Below are positions 50,828 to 59,541 of a DNA stretch of 64,000 bases, in pieces. The notes below the pieces were generated by a model. It ran no database searches. It saw nothing but the letters and a program-made list of their open reading frames with translations, and had not been told where the DNA came from. The DNA is taken from positions 43,644 to 107,643 of the forward strand of contig CAVWSU010000018.1 in assembly GCA_963757865.1 (NCBI GenBank). Reading direction: 5' to 3'. This DNA is from an uncultured Chloroflexia bacterium (GTDB lineage: Bacteria > Chloroflexota > Limnocylindria > Limnocylindrales > CSP1-4). The first letter of the stretch is position 1; the number at the start of each line of letters is the position of its first letter. The translations under genes and the position numbers were made by a program.

Positions 50828-51948
50828 GTCAACGCCGCGCCCGCATGAACGGCCATCGCAAGCGTCCCCCAGGCCGCCCCCGGTCCCGCCGCCACGTGAC
50901 TCGTGGCGGCCAGCGCGAGCAGTGCGATCACGCCGGCAGACCAGCCCGCGAGCGCCCGGAACACGACCGGCCTCACGGCCGACCAGGCCAGCACCACGAT
51001 CGCCACGGCCATGACCAGCGACGCCTGTCCCGCGAAGGATCCGGTGGCGACCTGCGGGATCGCGCCGAGCCCCGCCGAACCCGCGGCGGAGGATGCGACC
51101 GATTCTGCGAGCCCGGCGATCCCGATTGCCGCCGCCAGCGTCGCTCCCCTCCCGCCCACCACCCCGACGCTCCCTCGGCCGCGACTCCCCGCCGCCGCGG
51201 GCGCGACCGGGGCCGCGTCGACGGACCCGGGGCCGAGATCGCCGCCGACTCGAGCAGCTGGAGTGCCCCGGTCCGGAAAGACGGACCCGCGGCCAGGATT
51301 ACCGGCGGCACGAGGCGCTGGGGTGCCCGGACCCGCGTCGACGGCCCCACGGCCAGGATCGCCGGCGGCACGCACCGGCGGGCCGCGCCGGGGCTCGACG
51401 AGCGTGGCGAACGCCAGGCCACCCAGGAGGTAGGCCAATGCCAGCAGAAGCGCCCATCGCGCGGCGGCGTCGAGCCACCCGGGAAGGGGCGTCGCGGACG
51501 AGTGGATCGTCAGCGGCGGCGCGGGCGGCAGGTTGCCGGCTGCGTCGAGGACCCCGAACGAGTACGCGCCGGAGCGCGTGTGCCCGTCGATCAGGGAGAG
51601 CGTGTGCCACTCGACCGAGTAGCGGCCCGGCGCCAGGCTCGGCAGCTCGGCCTCCATGCCCCTGGGATCGGAGGCCGGGAACCGGATCGCGGTCCGAACC
51701 TCGCCGGCGGGGCCCGTGATCGTCAGCCCGCTGAACGACGGGTTGACCGGTTCCGTGAATTCCAGGTGGACGAGCGCCGGCGCAGTCGTGAGCGTGGCGC
51801 CCGGGGCCGGCGTCGCGGACACGAGCAGCGCGTGCCCGAGTACGGTGGCGGGGAGCAGGAGGCCGCCGGCCACCATGCCGGCGGCGAGAGCGACGGCGGC
51901 GATCAGCGGGCCGGCGGGCCGGCGGCGCGTGGCGACGCCCCGGCTCAG
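50665..51948 (-). CDS. CopC-CopD fusion (YcnJ-like), upstream part; start uncertain
   Basis: CopC domain with mature N-terminal His ('VLG|HALLVSATP') and 'HTLSLIDGHTRSG'. CopD TM segments include 'WTGGLVHL'. No ATG/GTG start found near the signal peptide. Confidence 0.5.
   Translation of the reverse strand: MSRGVATRRRPAGPLIAAVALAAGMVAGGLLLPATVLGHALLVSATPAPGATLTTAPALVHLEFTEPVNPSFSGLTITGPAGEVRTAIRFPASDPRGMEAELPSLAPGRYSVEWHTLSLIDGHTRSGAYSFGVLDAAGNLPPAPPLTIHSSATPLPGWLDAAARWALLLALAYLLGGLAFATLVEPRRGPPVRAAGDPGRGAVDAGPGTPAPRAAGNPGRGSVFPDRGTPAARVGGDLGPGSVDAAPVAPAAAGSRGRGSVGVVGGRGATLAAAIGIAGLAESVASSAAGSAGLGAIPQVATGSFAGQASLVMAVAIVVLAWSAVRPVVFRALAGWSAGVIALLALAATSHVAAGPGAAWGTLAMAVHAGAALTWTGGLVHLARAWVRPESVSGARTSRTDLSRGSRALPPRPWRSSSAAASSRPWS
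51195..51385 (-). repeat. Three 60-bp imperfect tandem repeats encoding 20-aa G/P/R-rich units inside the CopD loop
   Basis: Units 'PPVRAAGDPGRGAVDAGPGT', 'PAPRAAGNPGRGSVFPDRGT' and 'PAARVGGDLGPGSVDAAPVA'. The nucleotide units are visibly repeated. Confidence 0.6.
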
Positions 51949-52712
51949 GAGCCCGGAGCGGCGATCCGACGGCCGAGCAGGTGGCCGAGATCGTCGAGCG
52001 CCTGGGGAATCGTCCACGCCGCCTGGGGCTGCCGCAGGTTCTGGAGGCCCTGGCTGTCGAGCAGCGAGGTGAGGGTCGGGTTCAGCTTCCCGCCCACGTC
52101 CGCGATGCCGACCATCGCGACGCGCTCGTGACCGTCCGGATCGAGGATGAACAGCGCGTCGGTGTGTCCCACGTCGTACGTCTCGGGCTGGTGCGTCCAC
52201 CAGTCGAGCGGAGCAGGTGACCCGATCGGCTCCGTCTGGTAGCCCACGCCGAAGAACTTCCAGAGCCCGGCGATCTGGTCGGCCGAACCCGTGAGCAGGG
52301 TCCAGTCGCTGCCCGTGAGCTGTGCGAACGCGCGGAGGCGGGCGGGGCTGTCGCGCCCCGGATCGACGGTCGCCTCCACGAACGTCACCCTGTCGCCGAG
52401 CCCGGCGCGCTCGACCGCCTGCTGCATCTCGATGTACGCCCCCGTCGTGATGGGGCAGACCTCGTGGCAGAGCGTGAGGAACGGCGCGAGCACGACGTAC
52501 CTGCCGCGGAACGCGGCCAGGGACGTGGCCTTCCCCGACGAATCCACGAGCGAGAGATCGGGCACGGGCCTGTCGAGCTGGACTCCGGTGACCGGCGGCA
52601 GCGAGGTGCTCGTCGCCCAGGCCACGCCGCCGGCCGCGACCGCGACCAGCGCCACCGCGAGCGCGGTCGCCAGGATGCGGGGATGTCGTCGCAGGCGGTG
52701 CATGCCCGCCAT
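51945..52712 (-). CDS. SCO1/SenC-family copper chaperone (thioredoxin fold)
   Basis: 'CHEVCP' CxxxCP motif, one N-terminal TM segment, and a downstream His. Confidence 0.8.
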   Translation of the reverse strand: MAGMHRLRRHPRILATALAVALVAVAAGGVAWATSTSLPPVTGVQLDRPVPDLSLVDSSGKATSLAAFRGRYVVLAPFLTLCHEVCPITTGAYIEMQQAVERAGLGDRVTFVEATVDPGRDSPARLRAFAQLTGSDWTLLTGSADQIAGLWKFFGVGYQTEPIGSPAPLDWWTHQPETYDVGHTDALFILDPDGHERVAMVGIADVGGKLNPTLTSLLDSQGLQNLRQPQAAWTIPQALDDLGHLLGRRIAAPGS

Positions 52713-52713
52713 G

Positions 52714-53244
52714 CTAGTGGCGACCGCCCCGGCGCGCCTCGTGAAGGCCGGTCGAGGCGAGGCGCCGGATGGCCTCGTGATGCGGCGCCCAGGCCTGCCA
52801 TGCGTCGAGGGCCCATCGCCGGACGACGGCGTGATACGCGTCCCGGTCCCGCGCCCCTGCGGCGTCCACGACCGTCGTGGCGCCGGGAATGGCAGGAGGA
52901 TCGAGCCACGGGAACGACGGGCGTCCGGCCAGCGCATGCCGCATCAGGTCGATCGCCTCGGGTGGTGCCATGCCCAGCTCGATCGCGGCGTGGAGCCCGA
53001 CCAGGTGCACCCACACCGACTGGCTCGACTGCCGGCCCGGCACGCCCGGATGCTGAACCATGTAGATATCGGTGATCGAGAGGCCGTGGGCGAGGTACCG
53101 CGGGTCACTGGACTCGCGTCCACGGAGACCCGTGAAGATCGACCAGCAGCCTGGCGACGCGCCGATGTACGCGTGATCCGGCGCGATTCCGGCGGCCGGC
53201 ACCAGCGCTCCGCACCCCGTGCAGGTCGCCGACGCCACGTTCAC
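52714..53244 (-). CDS. Hypothetical protein with an N-terminal Cys cluster (C-x2-C-G..C; possibly DUF5946-like)
   Basis: 'ATCTGCGALV..PGCW'. Stop/start overlaps place it in an operon between the ligase and sco1. Confidence 0.4.
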   Translation of the reverse strand: MNVASATCTGCGALVPAAGIAPDHAYIGASPGCWSIFTGLRGRESSDPRYLAHGLSITDIYMVQHPGVPGRQSSQSVWVHLVGLHAAIELGMAPPEAIDLMRHALAGRPSFPWLDPPAIPGATTVVDAAGARDRDAYHAVVRRWALDAWQAWAPHHEAIRRLASTGLHEARRGGRH

Positions 53245-54353
53245 CCGCCCCGGCCGGACTCCCGGCCGAACACGCGTGCGAGCTCGTATGCGGGCGTGAC
53301 CTGCAGCTGGTCGTAGCGGCAGTCGGCCGGCGTGCGGTCGGGACGCCAGTGCCGGAACGTGGTCGCGTGCCGGAACCGGTCACCCTGCAGGTGGTCGTAG
53401 GCAACCTCCACGACCCGCTCGACACGCAACGGCTCCCAGCTCAGGTCTCGTCCCCGGTTCCAGCGGCTGGTGGCCCCGGGAAGCCGCTGTCCGCGGGCGG
53501 CCGCCTCTTCCTCCCAGGCCTTCCAGCTCGCCCACGGGTGGCCGTCCATGGCACCCTCACGGAGCGGCGCCAGCTCCTCGACCAGCGCTCGCCGCTGCTC
53601 CCGGCTGAAGCTCGACGTCACCCCCACGTGGTGCAGCGTGCCCTCGGCGTCGTACAGGCCCAGGAGCAGGGAGCCCACCAGCTCGCCCGGAGCCTCCCGG
53701 TACCAGCGGAAACCGGCCACGGCGCAGTCAGCGGTGCGCTGGTGCTTGATCTTGACCATCGCGCGGCGTCCCGGCTCGTAGATCCCGTCGAGCCGCTTGG
53801 CGACGACGCCGTCGAGCCCGGCACCCTCGAAGCGGTCGAACCAGTCCGCCGCCACGGACGGGTCCTGCGTCGCGGGCGTCAGCGAGACGACGCTGGAATG
53901 CGCCGCGGACTCCGGCCGGAGCGACGCCGTGAGCAGGGCCCGGCGCTCGGCGAACGGCGCGCCGAGCAGGTCGCGCGCATCGAGCGCCAGCAGGTCCCAC
54001 GCCACGTACGACGCCGGCGACTCGGCCGCGAGGAGCGCCACGCGGGACGCGGCGGGATGGATGCGAAGCAGCAGTGCGTCGAAATCGAGCCCGTGCTCGC
54101 CGGCGATCACGACCTCGCCGTCCACGACCGCCCGGTCCGGCAGCGCGGCCATGAGTGGCGCGTGCAGTTCCGGAAAGTACCGGTCGAGCGGCTTGAGGTC
54201 CCGGCTCTGGATCAGCACGTCGGCACCATCGCGGAACACGAGCGCGCGAAAGCCGTCCCACTTGGGCTCGTACAGCCAGCCGCCGCCCGTGGGAATGGCA
54301 TCGGCCGGCTTCGCGAGCATCGGCTCGAGCGGCGGGTTCACCGGCAGGTCCAC
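53241..54353 (-). CDS. ATP-dependent DNA ligase (LigC/LigD ligase-domain type)
   Basis: Motif I 'EPKWDGFRAL', 'DGEVV', 'DGVVAKR', C-terminal OB domain; 370 aa. Confidence 0.85.
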   Translation of the reverse strand: MDLPVNPPLEPMLAKPADAIPTGGGWLYEPKWDGFRALVFRDGADVLIQSRDLKPLDRYFPELHAPLMAALPDRAVVDGEVVIAGEHGLDFDALLLRIHPAASRVALLAAESPASYVAWDLLALDARDLLGAPFAERRALLTASLRPESAAHSSVVSLTPATQDPSVAADWFDRFEGAGLDGVVAKRLDGIYEPGRRAMVKIKHQRTADCAVAGFRWYREAPGELVGSLLLGLYDAEGTLHHVGVTSSFSREQRRALVEELAPLREGAMDGHPWASWKAWEEEAAARGQRLPGATSRWNRGRDLSWEPLRVERVVEVAYDHLQGDRFRHATTFRHWRPDRTPADCRYDQLQVTPAYELARVFGRESGRGG

Positions 54354-54445
54354 GGCGTTCCTCCGGGACTCTCGGGCGCCCGGCGGGCCACTGGCCCCGA
54401 CCGCCCGAAGGCCCCGGGGGCCGGATCCGCGCCGGAGCGCGGGCG

Positions 54446-55087
54446 CTATTCCTCTGCCGAACCCTCGCCCTCGGGCGCGGCGCCCTCGGCAGGCGCGGCC
54501 GTCGCGGCCTCGCGCTCGAGCTCGACCTCGGCCCGAGAGGGCTGGACGTGGGCCACCGACTCGTCCGGGTCGGTGAGCAGCGTCACCTTCTCCGGGATCG
54601 TGAGGTCGCGCACGTGGATCGCCGCCTCGAACGAGTCGAGGACGCTGACGTCGTACTCGATCGACTGCGGCATGGCGCCGGGGAGTCCGCGGAGCCGGAT
54701 GTGGTCCAGCGTCTGGAGCAGCGTGCCGTTGTGCTTCTCGACGGCGACCGACGTGCCGACCGGCACGAGCTGCACGTCCATGGTCATGTCTTCGGTCATC
54801 TTCACGAGCTGGAAGTCCACGTGGAGCGGGACGCGCTTCACGGGATGCTCCTGGACATCGTGCACGACGGCCTGGTGGGTGCGCCCGCCTTCGATCTTGA
54901 GGTCGATGAGCGCGTGACGTCCCGACACCCGGTTCAGGGTCTCGAACGCCTTCGCGTCGATCTGGATGGGCTCGGACGCCTCGCCATGCCCGTACAGCAC
55001 GGCGGGCAGGATGCCCTGCCGCCGCAGGCGGGCAACGTCCTTGCCGGTGATCTCGCGCCGGTGTGCGGTCAGTGCGGGTCGGGTCAC
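54446..55087 (-). CDS. rplY: 50S ribosomal protein L25 / general stress protein Ctc
   Basis: 'ARLRRQGILPAVLYGHGEASEPIQID' with an acidic Ctc-type C-terminal tail. GTG start. Confidence 0.8.
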   Translation of the reverse strand: MTRPALTAHRREITGKDVARLRRQGILPAVLYGHGEASEPIQIDAKAFETLNRVSGRHALIDLKIEGGRTHQAVVHDVQEHPVKRVPLHVDFQLVKMTEDMTMDVQLVPVGTSVAVEKHNGTLLQTLDHIRLRGLPGAMPQSIEYDVSVLDSFEAAIHVRDLTIPEKVTLLTDPDESVAHVQPSRAEVELEREAATAAPAEGAAPEGEGSAEE

Positions 55088-55168
55088 GATCGAGTCCTCA
55101 GTGTTGCGGCAGACCGGGCGACACCAGATCGAGCCCGTGTGGCCGACGAGCGCGCGTGGGCGGCGCTC

Positions 55169-55191
55169 TCGCGTGATTCGCGTCCACGCGA
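55169..55191 (+). promoter_or_regulatory. Inverted repeat TCGCGTG-N9-CACGCGA upstream of the response-regulator gene
   Basis: 7-bp arms 37 bp upstream of the ATG. Confidence 0.25.
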
Positions 55192-55227
55192 TGGTAGCAG
55201 ACCGCCCGGGTTGTACGATTCCCGCCG

Positions 55228-55929
55228 ATGAACGCAACCATCCTGGTCGTCGAGGACGAGTTCGCCGTCGCGCGCGGAATCGAGTACGCGCTCCAGCAGG
55301 AGGGATACGACGTCCGCATCGCCCGGAGCGGCGAGGAGGGGCTGGAGTTCGCGACCCAGCAGGCGCCGGATCTGGTCGTCCTGGACGTGCGGTTGCCCGG
55401 CATGGACGGGTTCGAGGTGCTGCGTCGGCTGCGGGCCTCCGGCTCCAAGGCCCCGGTGCTGTTCCTGACCGCCCGCGACGACGAGTTCGACAAGGTGGTG
55501 GGTCTCGAGCTCGGCGCGGACGACTACCTGACCAAGCCGTTCAGCCTGCGCGAGCTGATGAGCCGCATCAAGGCCCTGCTCCGCCGTGCGTACGGCGATC
55601 TGGCCGACGCCACCGGGGGCCGCGTGATCCGCTTCCGCGACCTGGTCATCGACCTCGAGCGACGCCGCGTGTCGAGGGGTGACCGGCGCATCTCGCTGAC
55701 GGCAACCGAGTTCGAGATCCTCCGCCACCTCGCGTCGCGGCCCGGCCGCGTCTACTCGCGCCGCGAGCTGCTGGAGCTGGTGCGCGACTACGAATCGTCG
55801 CTCGACCAGGACGAGAAGACGATCAACGTCCACGTCAGCCATCTTCGAGAGAAGCTCGAGGACGATCCCTTCGCTCCCGCCTTCATCCTGACGGTCCGAG
55901 GCGCCGGTTACGCCTTCGCCGAGCGCTGA
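55228..55929 (+). CDS. OmpR/PhoB-family response regulator
   Basis: Receiver 'LVVLDVRLPGMDG' plus C-terminal wHTH. Confidence 0.9.
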   Translation: MNATILVVEDEFAVARGIEYALQQEGYDVRIARSGEEGLEFATQQAPDLVVLDVRLPGMDGFEVLRRLRASGSKAPVLFLTARDDEFDKVVGLELGADDYLTKPFSLRELMSRIKALLRRAYGDLADATGGRVIRFRDLVIDLERRRVSRGDRRISLTATEFEILRHLASRPGRVYSRRELLELVRDYESSLDQDEKTINVHVSHLREKLEDDPFAPAFILTVRGAGYAFAER

Positions 55930-55939
55930 GCTCTCGCCG

Positions 55940-57607
55940 ATGCCGAACACGGAGGCCTCGCCACTGCCGGGCACGGAGGTCTCGCCCCTGTCGCGCCTGC
56001 GACACCGCCTGCCGCGGACGCGGCTCGTCCGACGCCTGCTGCCCAGGTCGTTCCGCGCGCGACTCGCGGTGGTGATCTCCGCCGTCGTGGCGTTCGCGCT
56101 GATCCTGGTGCTGGCCGTGCTCCCCCGCCTCCTGGATTCGTACTTCTCCCAGCAGGAGACGCAGAACCTCCAGGCGCGCGCCGCCGCGGTCCAGCAGCTC
56201 CTTGGCGCGCAGCTGAGCCTGACGGCACGGGCCGGGCTGGTGCCGATCGTGGCCCCCACCAACCCGCCGCGGCTCTCGGACCAGGTGATCGCCGCGCTGA
56301 CCGCCGCGGACGAGGCGGGTGAGCAGTCGTTCCTGTCCCTCGAGGCCCAGGCCGTGGCACAGGCGGACCTGACGGTCCGGATCTACCTCACCCCGACCGC
56401 GACCGGTACCCCGGTGGCGACCCTTCAGGCCCCGCTGCGGGCGAACCCCGGACAGGGGCTCACGAGGGAGGCCGGGAGCGTCTCGGGCTCCTTCACCATC
56501 ACGGACCGGTACTGGTCGCAGTTCTCGGGCACGGCCCCCGTGCGCGCCGTGGTCGTGACGCTCTCCTCTCCCTACACGCTGCGCGCCGAGACGCTCCGGA
56601 CGCTGTTCACCGTGCTGATCGCGGTCGCCGTGCTCGCGCTGCTGTTCGGCGTCGTCGTGTCCGCCATCGTCGCCGACCGGCTGACCACCCCCATCCGTCG
56701 GCTGACGTCGGCCTCGCGCGCGCTTGCCGAAGGCGACTTCTCGGCACGCGTGGCTGCGGCGTCGAGCGGGTCTCCCGAGATCACCGAGCTCGCGACCGCG
56801 TTCAACCGCATGGCCGACGAGCTCGAGCGCTCGATCGAGTTCATCAGGCGAGACCGGGACCGCGGCCGCGAGTTCCTCGCGGACGTCAGCCACGAGCTCC
56901 GGACGCCCATCGCCGCGCTGCGGATGTTCAACGAGCTCCTCACGAATGGCGCGGCGAACGACACCGCGACGCGGACGGAGTTCCTCGAGACGAGCCGGGT
57001 GCAGATCGAGCGGCTCGACTGGCTGGCGTCGAACCTGCTGGAGCTCTCCAAGCTCGACTCGGGCCTCGTCGCCCTGGACCTGCGGCCGGACGACCTGCGG
57101 ACGGTGGTGGAGAGCGCGATCGAGCAGGCCCGCCCCACGGCCGAACGGAAGGGCGTGACGCTGACCGCCGACGTGCCGTCCGCCCCCTTCCGCTTCCCGC
57201 ACGATCCTCCCCGCATGGGCCAGGTGCTCGGCAATCTGGTGGGAAACGCCGTCAAGTTCACGCCGGCCGGCGGGAGCGTGACGGTCACGCTGGCCCGTGC
57301 GAGGGACGGAGCCCGCTTCACGGTGCAGGACACGGGGGTCGGGATCGACGCGGTCGAGCTTCCCCATGTCTTCGAGCGCTTCTATCGCGGCTCGCGCGCG
57401 AACGAGATTCGGGCGTCCGGGTCCGGCCTCGGGCTCGCCATCGCACGCTCCATCGTGGAGATGCACGGCGGGCGGATCAGCATCGCGAGCCGGCTCGGCC
57501 AGGGCACGCAGGTCGAGGTGTTCCTGCCCCGCCAGGCGGAACGTCCCGAAGTGATGGAATCTTCACCCCCCGCAGCACTGCCCGTGAACACACCCGTGTC
57601 ACAGTGA
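55940..57607 (+). CDS. Sensor histidine kinase (2 TM, extracytoplasmic domain, HAMP, HisKA, HATPase_c)
   Basis: H-box 'SHELRTPIAAL', N/G boxes 'GNAVKFT' and 'GSGLGLAI'. Confidence 0.9.
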   Translation: MPNTEASPLPGTEVSPLSRLRHRLPRTRLVRRLLPRSFRARLAVVISAVVAFALILVLAVLPRLLDSYFSQQETQNLQARAAAVQQLLGAQLSLTARAGLVPIVAPTNPPRLSDQVIAALTAADEAGEQSFLSLEAQAVAQADLTVRIYLTPTATGTPVATLQAPLRANPGQGLTREAGSVSGSFTITDRYWSQFSGTAPVRAVVVTLSSPYTLRAETLRTLFTVLIAVAVLALLFGVVVSAIVADRLTTPIRRLTSASRALAEGDFSARVAAASSGSPEITELATAFNRMADELERSIEFIRRDRDRGREFLADVSHELRTPIAALRMFNELLTNGAANDTATRTEFLETSRVQIERLDWLASNLLELSKLDSGLVALDLRPDDLRTVVESAIEQARPTAERKGVTLTADVPSAPFRFPHDPPRMGQVLGNLVGNAVKFTPAGGSVTVTLARARDGARFTVQDTGVGIDAVELPHVFERFYRGSRANEIRASGSGLGLAIARSIVEMHGGRISIASRLGQGTQVEVFLPRQAERPEVMESSPPAALPVNTPVSQ

Positions 57608-57681
57608 CCGCTATCGAAAGCCGGCAGAGGATCGGGCCGGTCGCGGCGTCTCCATGAAACCGATCCGAGGCACATGCTCAG

Positions 57682-58998
57682 ATGACCGAACCTCGACCTG
57701 ACGACACGATCTCGTACTACAGCCCGCCGCCGGAGCCCCGGCCGACGTGGTCGCAGGAGGCCTGGAACGCGGCCGCGACGCCGAGCCAGTGGATCGAGCC
57801 GTACCAGGCCGCGGCGACGCCGCAGTCCGCACCGGCACGCTCCACCGGCCTTGCCTTCGTGGTGGTCGCGGCGCTGGTCGCCGCCACGCTCGCATCCGCC
57901 GGGACGTACACGGCCCTCGACATGTCCGGCGCGCTGAACCGGCCCGCACCGGCGCCCGCCGTGGCCGCGGGTGCGCCCGCCTCGAGCTCACCCCAGCAGG
58001 TCACCACGATCAACGAGCAGTCGGCGATCGTTGCGGCCGCCGAGGCCGTGAGCCCGGCCGTGGTGACGATCACCACGCAGCAGACGAGCTCGCTCGACCC
58101 GTTCTCGGTCCCGGCAACGGGCGTCGGGTCGGGCATCATCTACAACTCGAACGGGTGGATCGTCACCAACCACCACGTCGTCGCCGGCGCGAGCGGGCCC
58201 GTGCAGGTGCTCCTCAAGGACGGGCGCCAGCTCACCGGTACGGTCTACGGCACCGACACGCTGACCGACCTCGCCATCGTGAAGGTCAACGCGACGGGAC
58301 TGCCCGTCGCCAAGTTCGGTGACTCGTCGTCGCTCCAGCCGGGGCAGCTGGCGATCGCGATCGGCAGCCCGCTTGGCACGTTCACCAACAGCGTCACCTC
58401 GGGGATCATCAGCGCCCTGGGTCGCCAGATCCAGGTCACCGACGACCAGACCGGGCAGCCCGTCACCCTCCACAACCTGATCCAGACCGACGCGGCCATC
58501 AATCCGGGCAACTCCGGGGGGGCCCTCGTCGACTCGAGCGCCCAGGTCATCGGCATCAACACCGCCACGGCCTCCACGGCGCAGGGGATCGGCTTCGCCA
58601 TCCCGGTCAACATCGCAGAGCCGATCATGAACCAGGCGGTGGCGGGCCAGAAGCTCAGCCGGCCGTGGATCGGCATCTACTTCACGTCGCTCAGCCCGCA
58701 GGCGCAGCAGGAGCTCAAGACGCCGATCGACTACGGCGCCTTCATCGGCCCCGCCGACGCGACCTCGGGACAGCCGCTCGTCGAAGCCGGGAGCCCGGCC
58801 GCCGCCGCGGGCCTCAAGGCCGGCGACATCATCACGGCCCTGGACGGCCAGCGCGTCGACTCGGCCCACCCGCTCGACCTGCTCCTCGTCACGCACTCCC
58901 CCGGCCAGACGGTGGAGCTGCAGGTGCTGCGCAACGGCCAGCAGATCACCGTCAAGGTCACGCTCGGGACCCGGCCGGCAAGCGCCGGGCAGCAGTAA
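57682..58998 (+). CDS. HtrA/DegP-family serine protease with PDZ domain (PepD-like)
   Basis: 'TNHHVV', 'DLAIVKV', 'GNSGGAL' catalytic triad context. TM anchor and one PDZ domain. Confidence 0.9.
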   Translation: MTEPRPDDTISYYSPPPEPRPTWSQEAWNAAATPSQWIEPYQAAATPQSAPARSTGLAFVVVAALVAATLASAGTYTALDMSGALNRPAPAPAVAAGAPASSSPQQVTTINEQSAIVAAAEAVSPAVVTITTQQTSSLDPFSVPATGVGSGIIYNSNGWIVTNHHVVAGASGPVQVLLKDGRQLTGTVYGTDTLTDLAIVKVNATGLPVAKFGDSSSLQPGQLAIAIGSPLGTFTNSVTSGIISALGRQIQVTDDQTGQPVTLHNLIQTDAAINPGNSGGALVDSSAQVIGINTATASTAQGIGFAIPVNIAEPIMNQAVAGQKLSRPWIGIYFTSLSPQAQQELKTPIDYGAFIGPADATSGQPLVEAGSPAAAAGLKAGDIITALDGQRVDSAHPLDLLLVTHSPGQTVELQVLRNGQQITVKVTLGTRPASAGQQ

Positions 58999-59086
58999 CC
59001 GGCCAGCCTCTCGTCCGGCACGGATCGCCGCCTACCGTAGAAGTCATCGTCGCCGGGGCGTCCGTCCCCGCCCCGGCAGCAACCCG

Positions 59087-59121
59087 GCATCGAGCCCCGC
59101 AGTCCCCGCGGGGCTCGATGC
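59087..59121 (+). terminator. Perfect 14-bp-stem hairpin (GCATCGAGCCCCGC / GCGGGGCTCGATGC), bidirectional terminator between htrA and folB
   Basis: Exact inverted repeat with a 7-nt loop in the 177-bp convergent intergenic region. Confidence 0.6.
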
Positions 59122-59175
59122 ATGTCCGGATGCATGCACGGCCGGCGCGATGTCCGCCTCGAGGTTCCGCGCGCC

Positions 59176-59541
59176 TCAGTCCTTTCGCGTCCGCCAGATC
59201 TCGACCTCGGCATGCTCGATACGGCCGTTCACCGGCACCCTGAGCTTCCGGACCCGGACGCCGACCTCGTTCACCGCGAGCACCCGGAGCAGTTCGTGGG
59301 CGATCCCCTCGGCCATCGCCTCGACGAGCTTGAAGTTGGTCGACTCGACGAGCTCGCGCGCGATCTCGAAGGCACGGCCGTAGTCGACGGTGCGCTCAAG
59401 GTCGTCCTCGACCCCGGCCGGCTGCAGGTTGAGCAGCAGCTCCACGTCCACCTCGAACGGCTGCGGCTGCGCGCGCTCCTCCTCCGTGTATCCGTGGCGT
59501 CCCTGGAACTCCATGCGGCGCAGCACGATTCGGTCCGTCAA
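59176..59541 (-). CDS. folB: Dihydroneopterin aldolase
   Basis: 'FQGRHGYTEEERAQPQPFEVDVEL' FolB signature. TTG start follows a GAGGAGG RBS and overlaps the folP stop. Confidence 0.8.
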   Translation of the reverse strand: MTDRIVLRRMEFQGRHGYTEEERAQPQPFEVDVELLLNLQPAGVEDDLERTVDYGRAFEIARELVESTNFKLVEAMAEGIAHELLRVLAVNEVGVRVRKLRVPVNGRIEHAEVEIWRTRKD

